Virus record (IMG/VR): IMGVR_UViG_3300013426_000032 | Reading direction: 5' to 3' (one strand) | DNA length: 64,000 bases | From: an uncultured virus (IMG/VR IMGVR_UViG_3300013426_000032) | Taxonomy: Duplodnaviria; Heunggongvirae; Uroviricota; Caudoviricetes | Shown: positions 58,523 through 64,000 of the stretch, piece after piece | Layout of the letters: the number at the start of each line of letters is the position of its first letter | Position numbering within the stretch: the stretch's first letter is position 1 | Made by a program: the position numbers and the translations under genes | The notes under the pieces: generated by a model | Databases searched by the model: none | What the model saw: the letters and a program-made list of their open reading frames with translations, nothing else | Told to the model about the DNA's origin: nothing

Positions 58523-59980
58523 ATGATAATAAAAGATAATGAGTCCAAAATAGGTGCATATCATCTTACCATTTTAGATATGGATAAACAAGCTGAACTT
58601 GATTTGAGAACAGGTAAAGGCTTCGTTGTAACAGAACCGATAAAAGATAAAAAAAGTACTGATAATACTTATAATAAATGGGGCATTAGATCTGATTTCT
58701 TTTATAGTGAGATGCATACTGATAATGCATTCAAAGAAAGATATAGTTGTGAATGTGGATATTTGATGGGAAAATCATATGAATCTGCAGTGTGTCCGTA
58801 TTGTAGAAAACCAGTAAAATTAGTAGATATTGATTTAAGTAAATTTGGGTATATAGTATTAAAAAATCATAGAATAATACACCCCCAAATTTATATGTTC
58901 CTTGACAATATGTTTGGAAAGAAAAACAAAGCAAGTGTATTAAATAATATATTGAAAATTCCTAAACATATTGATACAGATGAAGAAGGTAATCCTGTTA
59001 AAGGATATGAAGATGAAGAACAATACAAAGACCAACCATATGCTAAGATCGGCATGTTGGAATTTCAACGAAGATTTGATGAAATATTTGAATATTATGT
59101 TGAAAAGAATAAAAGAAATAAAAAAATGGCAGGTAATGCAGAGTTTATTAGACAAAATAGAGATAAGATTTTTATAAGATATATTCCAGTATTTAGTTCG
59201 GCATTAAGATTTTCTGTGATACAAGATGAGATAAACTTTGTTCATGGTGCAGATAAAATATATAATATTTTATTCAGCACAGTGTCAAGTCTAAATAAAG
59301 CTAACGATAATATACAAATGACTATAAATAAAAAATTAGCATATATTCAGAAACAAATGCAGAATCTATATGAGAAAATGTTCTCATTAATAAATAAAAA
59401 AGATGGTTTTATCAAATCAGGAGTCATTGCAGGTAAGATGAATTTCACAGGACGACATGTAATAATACCAAATCCAAATTTAGCAGCTGATGAAATTATT
59501 GTACCTTATATGTCGTTTTTAGAAGAATATAAGTTTGAGATAATACGAATGTTGGCTAAAACTCAAAATATAAGTGAATCACAGGCTTATAATGAATGGT
59601 ATTATGGGTGCATAAAATTTAGCAATAAAATTTATGAAATAATGAAACGTATAATTGATGAAGGAGCATATTATGGAATTAATAGACCACCAACTATTGA
59701 TTATGGTTCAGTATTGTTACAAAGAATTGTCGATGTAACTCATGAAATAGACGATTTGACTATGTCGATTTCATTTATGATATTACCAGGATTAAATGCC
59801 GATTATGATGGTGATAATTTAACTACAATGAAATTATCATCTAAAGAACAAATCGAAGAATGGAAAAGATTTAATCCTAAAAAATATATGATGATTTCAC
59901 ATGATGACGGTTTGCTTAATTTTAATATGTTGCCTATTAAAGATTTAGCAATAGGTATAAGTGAGTTCAATAAAATATAA
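58523..59980 (+). CDS. Phage RNA polymerase beta'-like subunit, N-terminal/catalytic part (likely non-virion RNAP)
   Basis: RYSCECG...CPYC zinc finger, KKDGFIK...GKMNFTGRHVI, INRPPT, LNADYDGD catalytic loop; early promoter. Confidence 0.92.
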   Translation: MIIKDNESKIGAYHLTILDMDKQAELDLRTGKGFVVTEPIKDKKSTDNTYNKWGIRSDFFYSEMHTDNAFKERYSCECGYLMGKSYESAVCPYCRKPVKLVDIDLSKFGYIVLKNHRIIHPQIYMFLDNMFGKKNKASVLNNILKIPKHIDTDEEGNPVKGYEDEEQYKDQPYAKIGMLEFQRRFDEIFEYYVEKNKRNKKMAGNAEFIRQNRDKIFIRYIPVFSSALRFSVIQDEINFVHGADKIYNILFSTVSSLNKANDNIQMTINKKLAYIQKQMQNLYEKMFSLINKKDGFIKSGVIAGKMNFTGRHVIIPNPNLAADEIIVPYMSFLEEYKFEIIRMLAKTQNISESQAYNEWYYGCIKFSNKIYEIMKRIIDEGAYYGINRPPTIDYGSVLLQRIVDVTHEIDDLTMSISFMILPGLNADYDGDNLTTMKLSSKEQIEEWKRFNPKKYMMISHDDGLLNFNMLPIKDLAIGISEFNKI

Positions 59981-60016
59981 ATATATGGGAGCTATAATAG
60001 CTCCCATATATTTTTT
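59980..60016 (+). terminator. Intrinsic terminator
   Basis: aatatatgggagctat-a-atagctcccatatatt plus T-run. Confidence 0.8.
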
Positions 60017-60047
60017 ATATAACAAAAATATAAAAGGAGATGGTTAT

Positions 60048-60539
60048 ATGAATAATTTTTTTAAGATTAGAGATAGTATAGTACATGAAGTATTATGTGA
60101 ATCTAATATGATAAATAAAAAATTAAATAAAGATGATTTAAAAGATCATGATGCTGTTGGAGTTGTTATATTAATAAATAACAAGGTACTTATGTTAGAT
60201 CATATAAAATTTAATATGTTAACAATACCTGTAGGAAAAGGAGACGATGGTGAATCTCCAGAAGATGCTATGATAAGAGAAACTCAAGAAGAAATAGGAA
60301 TTAGATTACGAAATTTAAAACAAATAGTTCATTTTAAAAATCAAGAGGTTAGAAATGGAATAACAGTGCATATGAATAGCTACGTTTATTTATGTGAAAA
60401 TTTTACTGGAATTCCATATAATAAAGAACCAAATAAGCATAGAAATTTATTCTGGATGGATTTTGATGAATTTTTACATTTAGATACTATATCATTTATG
60501 ACTAATGCTGCCATAGATTATTTTAAAAACAATATGTAA
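60048..60539 (+). CDS. Nudix hydrolase
   Basis: Nudix box GKGDDGESPEDAMIRETQEEIG. Start moved to ATG 60048 (RBS aaaggag, late motif AACA-AAAATA-TA at 60021-60032, after the terminator). Confidence 0.85.
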   Translation: MNNFFKIRDSIVHEVLCESNMINKKLNKDDLKDHDAVGVVILINNKVLMLDHIKFNMLTIPVGKGDDGESPEDAMIRETQEEIGIRLRNLKQIVHFKNQEVRNGITVHMNSYVYLCENFTGIPYNKEPNKHRNLFWMDFDEFLHLDTISFMTNAAIDYFKNNM

Positions 60540-60628
60540 TTCATGAGTTTTCATTACTATATTATAATATTGAATAAGGTATAAAATAGTTTATATCTTA
60601 TATATTTATAAAATATGGAGGTGCTCTT

Positions 60629-60940
60629 ATGAGTATAGAAAAGAATTATAGTGAATATTGGAATGAAATAAGTGGAGGATATTTCGATAGAAAAACTCCA
60701 GATAATGAAATAATAATGGCGTATTTAAATACTGAATCAGAAAATTTATTACAAGAGCTATATTGTAGATCAATAGTTAATTGGTCAAATAGTACCAAAG
60801 AATGGTTAGATAAAATTAAACCATTAGAATGCACAAACTGTAATTATGATTGTAATGATTGTGGATTAAAAGATATGTATGTTAGAGATCCTAAAACTAA
60901 TTCATTGATTCATAAATCATTATTCTTAAAAAATAAATAG
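60629..60940 (+). CDS. Hypothetical protein with CxxCxxxCxxC cluster
   Basis: CTNCNYDCNDC; degenerate early promoter at 60536-60565. Confidence 0.65.
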   Translation: MSIEKNYSEYWNEISGGYFDRKTPDNEIIMAYLNTESENLLQELYCRSIVNWSNSTKEWLDKIKPLECTNCNYDCNDCGLKDMYVRDPKTNSLIHKSLFLKNK

Positions 60941-60976
60941 GGTTATTCCCTATTTATTTTTTTATATGTTCCTAGT

Positions 60977-61007
60977 GAAAAACACGAATATTTCAATTAT
61001 ATATCAT
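60977..61007 (+). promoter_or_regulatory. Putative early promoter (variant)
   Basis: GAAAAA-cacgaatatttc-AATTATATATCAT. Confidence 0.6.
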
Positions 61008-61041
61008 AGTAGTGAATATAATAAACAGGAGGTAATTTTTT

Positions 61042-61647
61042 ATGAAAACAGAAATAATAGAGATGATAAGAGATATCTTACCTGAATATGATAAAGTTAA
61101 CGAAGGTGGTCATGGTAGAGAACATATTATTGATGTCATTACTAAATCTTATCACATGGCTATTGAATTTGGAGAAAATCCTGAAGTTTGTTGTACTGCT
61201 GCATTATTGCATGATATAGGATTATTGAATTATTCAAGAAAAATACACCATATAGGTTCAGCAATATATGTAACAGAACATATTGATATGTTATCTAGAT
61301 ATTTCAATGAAGAAGAAATATACAAAATATTCAGTGCAGTATTAGAACATCGATCAGGATTTAATGAAGAATATACTTCATTGGTATCAAAGATAGTTTC
61401 TGATGCCGATAGAAGTACGAATATATATCTAATGATATCTAGATCATATCAATATAATAAAAACAAAGGATTTAATGAAGAAAAAATATATAGAGAAGTA
61501 TATTCACATTTAAAAGAAAAATATTATGATAGAAAATATACTTTCATATCTCGCTCATTACAAGAAGAGTTAGATAATGCAAGAACAATATTGGAAAATA
61601 AGACATTATTTGATGAATATTATAAAAAAATAACATCTTCTCTATAA
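61042..61647 (+). CDS. HD-domain phosphohydrolase
   Basis: HGREH, ALLHDIG, HH, EHR, VSDADR. Confidence 0.85.
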   Translation: MKTEIIEMIRDILPEYDKVNEGGHGREHIIDVITKSYHMAIEFGENPEVCCTAALLHDIGLLNYSRKIHHIGSAIYVTEHIDMLSRYFNEEEIYKIFSAVLEHRSGFNEEYTSLVSKIVSDADRSTNIYLMISRSYQYNKNKGFNEEKIYREVYSHLKEKYYDRKYTFISRSLQEELDNARTILENKTLFDEYYKKITSSL

Positions 61648-61653
61648 ATGAAT

Positions 61654-61693
61654 AAAAAAATAAAAGGAACTCTGAAGTTCCTTTTATTTTTTT
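61654..61693. terminator. Intrinsic terminator
   Basis: aaaaaaataaaaggaact-ctga-agttccttttattttttt. Confidence 0.8.
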
Positions 61694-61740
61694 ATATAAA
61701 TATTAACAAATAACTAAATAGATTAATAGGAGGTATTTAT

Positions 61741-62532
61741 ATGAATAAAAATCAATTCGATGAGATACTTATAAATGCTTTATATATGTTGGGAGGTACA
61801 AATGATACTCCATTTAAAGATATAAAGTTTTTTGAAGAAGAAAAGAATATAGATGATGGTATATATTATAAAACAATGCAATGTTTAGAAGGCTTAGATG
61901 ATGATGAATTCGATGAAGATTATGATTATAGTAGTATAGATATAAATGAAATAGCAGAAGATATTACATCAAAAATAAATGTTGATCAAATAGTTGATGA
62001 TGTAATGGATCGTTTATCTAAAAAAGATTCTTCAGAATTAATATTTCCTGGGGATGCCCCAATAATTATATTGGATCCTGAAATATATAAAGATTTAGAT
62101 GTAAATAGATTTGATTTAACTTTAAATAACTTTAAAAAGATAGATGATGATGATTTAAAAAAAATAGCAAATATTGAGGAAAAAATTAAAAAAATTAATA
62201 TAGAAATGTTAAATAAAGTTAAAATGGGTATAAAATCAAAAGATGTATATGATATATTGCATAAACGAAAAAATAGTTTAATTGAGGATTTATATAATAA
62301 TATATGTGATAAAAAAACAGATGAAATTGAAAATATAATGACAGATTTTTGTAATTATGTTATTAATAGTCAATATTGTAAAGATAAGTCTTCAGTTATA
62401 ACTATGGTGGGTTCTACTGTAGTATGTGTTAGAAATTTTATGATAAATGAAGTTGATAATTTATTTAAACCTATACTTATTAAAGCAGGAAAAGATAGCG
62501 ATGTTATAATGACATTAGTAAACTTATTATAA
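61741..62532 (+). CDS. Hypothetical late protein
   Basis: 263 aa; AACA-AATAAC-TA at 61705-61716; terminator at ~62531-62571. Confidence 0.7.
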   Translation: MNKNQFDEILINALYMLGGTNDTPFKDIKFFEEEKNIDDGIYYKTMQCLEGLDDDEFDEDYDYSSIDINEIAEDITSKINVDQIVDDVMDRLSKKDSSELIFPGDAPIIILDPEIYKDLDVNRFDLTLNNFKKIDDDDLKKIANIEEKIKKINIEMLNKVKMGIKSKDVYDILHKRKNSLIEDLYNNICDKKTDEIENIMTDFCNYVINSQYCKDKSSVITMVGSTVVCVRNFMINEVDNLFKPILIKAGKDSDVIMTLVNLL

Positions 62533-62618
62533 TAAACAAAGTAGGATTTTCCTACTTTGTTTATTTTTTTTATTAAAAAACAAGACTATAAGATAAAATT
62601 TAATAAGGAGGAAATAAT

Positions 62619-63883
62619 ATGCGTTATTCAATGTCAAGTGCAAGTATGGCACATACTTATGGAAATGTCACAACATTAGTAAACCAATGGTTGACTAGAT
62701 TATTTCCTAAAAAATATTTCAAAACTAATTATGTTAATTCTACAATAGCATATAAGGATTTTGCTCAATATACTAGTAAACGAAGTGAATTTCTTAAGAA
62801 AAATAAACCAATGTTGGTTATGAGACCTAGAATAGAAACAGATACTTTAGATGATTTACCTATAAATCAAACATATTTAGCTAATAGAATATATGATATG
62901 GCTAATGATGATATTGATACTGGTAATTTACAACAATTTTTCTATGATGAAGAAAATCATAGACAAATTCAATTCCTGATGACAGCATTAAGAATAAATT
63001 TTGATGTTACTTTAATAGTAGATACATTAATGGAACAACTAAATTTGTATCATTATTTTAAACAAAGAGTTAGACAAGAATGGACTTCTGTAATGATTGC
63101 AGATTTAGAATCATTTATATCTAGAGATATAATGTATCTATTAGCAGTTGATGCTGGTTACGAGGATGTATTTACAGATGGAAAACGTATGGGGGATTTT
63201 TTATCATATGTAAATTCCCATTCAATATATCCAGTTACAGTTAAATATAAAAATAGTTCGGGTAGACATGAATTTTTTAGATTTCATCCATGTCATTTGA
63301 ATGTTACTATACAAAATTTAGCTATTGATGAAGGTAATAAAAAAGGTCAGATATATGATAGTTATAATATAACATTTTCTGTTAGATGTGATTTTATTAC
63401 AGCTGGCTGTATTATTATATGTCTGATAATGATAATATATTTAATAATCAATTACCTTCTAATGATGATTTATTAGTAGATAGTATAGTACCAGTTATAA
63501 CTCCACAACAATTATACAGTAATTCTAGAATACCCGAAGGTTGGAATTTATATACTGCTCCATTATTTGATTTAAGTGATTATAATGGAAAACCACCATA
63601 TGAATTAAGTTTTAAAGAATTCATAAATACTAGTTTAAATGAAGCAATTAAATATCATAGAAAGAATGGTATACCTCTGGATACTTTTATGAATATAGAA
63701 GTTCATAAAAATGATAGAATTATGGATGAAAAAAGAGGAGAATATAAAATTGATTGGGATAATTTAAAAATATTAATTTATAATTGTAATACACATCAAG
63801 ACTATAGATTAATAATAACTGTATTTACTAAATATTTGAATGATTTGTTAGATGATATTATTCATTATTCAGATGAGAAATAA
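62619..63883 (+). CDS. Putative virion structural protein split by an apparent 1-nt deletion near 63407 (ORFs 62619..63476 + 63419..63883)
   Basis: Late motif AACA-AGACTA-TA at 62579-62590. First ORF ends in out-of-frame-looking CIIICLIMIIY. Adding one base restores ...TAG(L)YYYMSDNDN.... Second ORF lacks an RBS. Confidence 0.6.
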
Positions 63884-63897
63884 GGAGGTGAATTTAT

Positions 63898-64000
63898 ATG
63901 GATATAAGTTATGCAAAAGCAAATACTTCCAAATTATCACATAATGATCTGATTAAAATGATAATAGATTTGATATTACAAAATATAAATGATGTTGAAA
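63898..64000 (+). CDS. Hypothetical protein, 3'-truncated by window
   Basis: RBS aaggaggtg; MDISYAKANTSKLSHNDLIKMIIDLILQNINDVE... Confidence 0.6.
   Translation, partial: MDISYAKANTSKLSHNDLIKMIIDLILQNINDVE

Noticed and set aside
59961..60047. Track start of the Nudix gene at 59961
   Set aside because: The extension crosses a terminator; promoter motif and RBS point to ATG 60048.
1483..60834. Short overlapping or antisense ORFs in the track (e.g. 1483-1944, 15421-15822, 32618-32908, 55508-55846)
   Set aside because: They are shadows of long AT-rich genes, with biased F/L/S/I composition and no RBS.
1..64000. tRNA/rRNA genes, introns, inteins, integrase/transposase, reverse transcriptase, nuclear-shell or tubulin genes
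   Set aside because: No recognisable motifs by eye, and the RNAP and nrdD genes are uninterrupted. Divergent members cannot be excluded without profile searches.

Overview
Very AT-rich 64 kb segment of a phiKZ/AR9(PBS1)-like jumbo phage genome. The host is probably an anaerobic Firmicute (Clostridia-like), inferred from nrdD/nrdG, GGAGG RBSs and an SH3b-YkuD protein. The window has three split multisubunit RNA polymerase genes (beta, beta'-C, and beta'-N with NADYDGD) and a 4497-aa tape-measure-like protein ending in an array of cell-wall hydrolases. It also has baseplate/head structural genes, RusA, RNase H, a DEDDh exonuclease, a dCMP deaminase-Nudix fusion, Nudix and HD hydrolases, a protein kinase, a small PolB-palm-like protein and an L,D-transpeptidase. 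Two promoter classes are readable from the sequence: a bipartite putative early motif GTAA-N14-AATTAYATATTAT and an AR9-type late motif WACA-N6-TA. The most unusual signals are non-coding. (i) A ~430-nt promoter-to-terminator unit (25680-26120) carries five covarying hairpin repeats inside a duplicated frame, upstream of a disrupted gene. (ii) Two late-promoter-driven minus-strand small RNA candidates (41334-41487, 33889-33987) carry anti-Shine-Dalgarno sequences complementary to early-gene RBSs. All product calls come from motif recognition by eye; no database searches were run.
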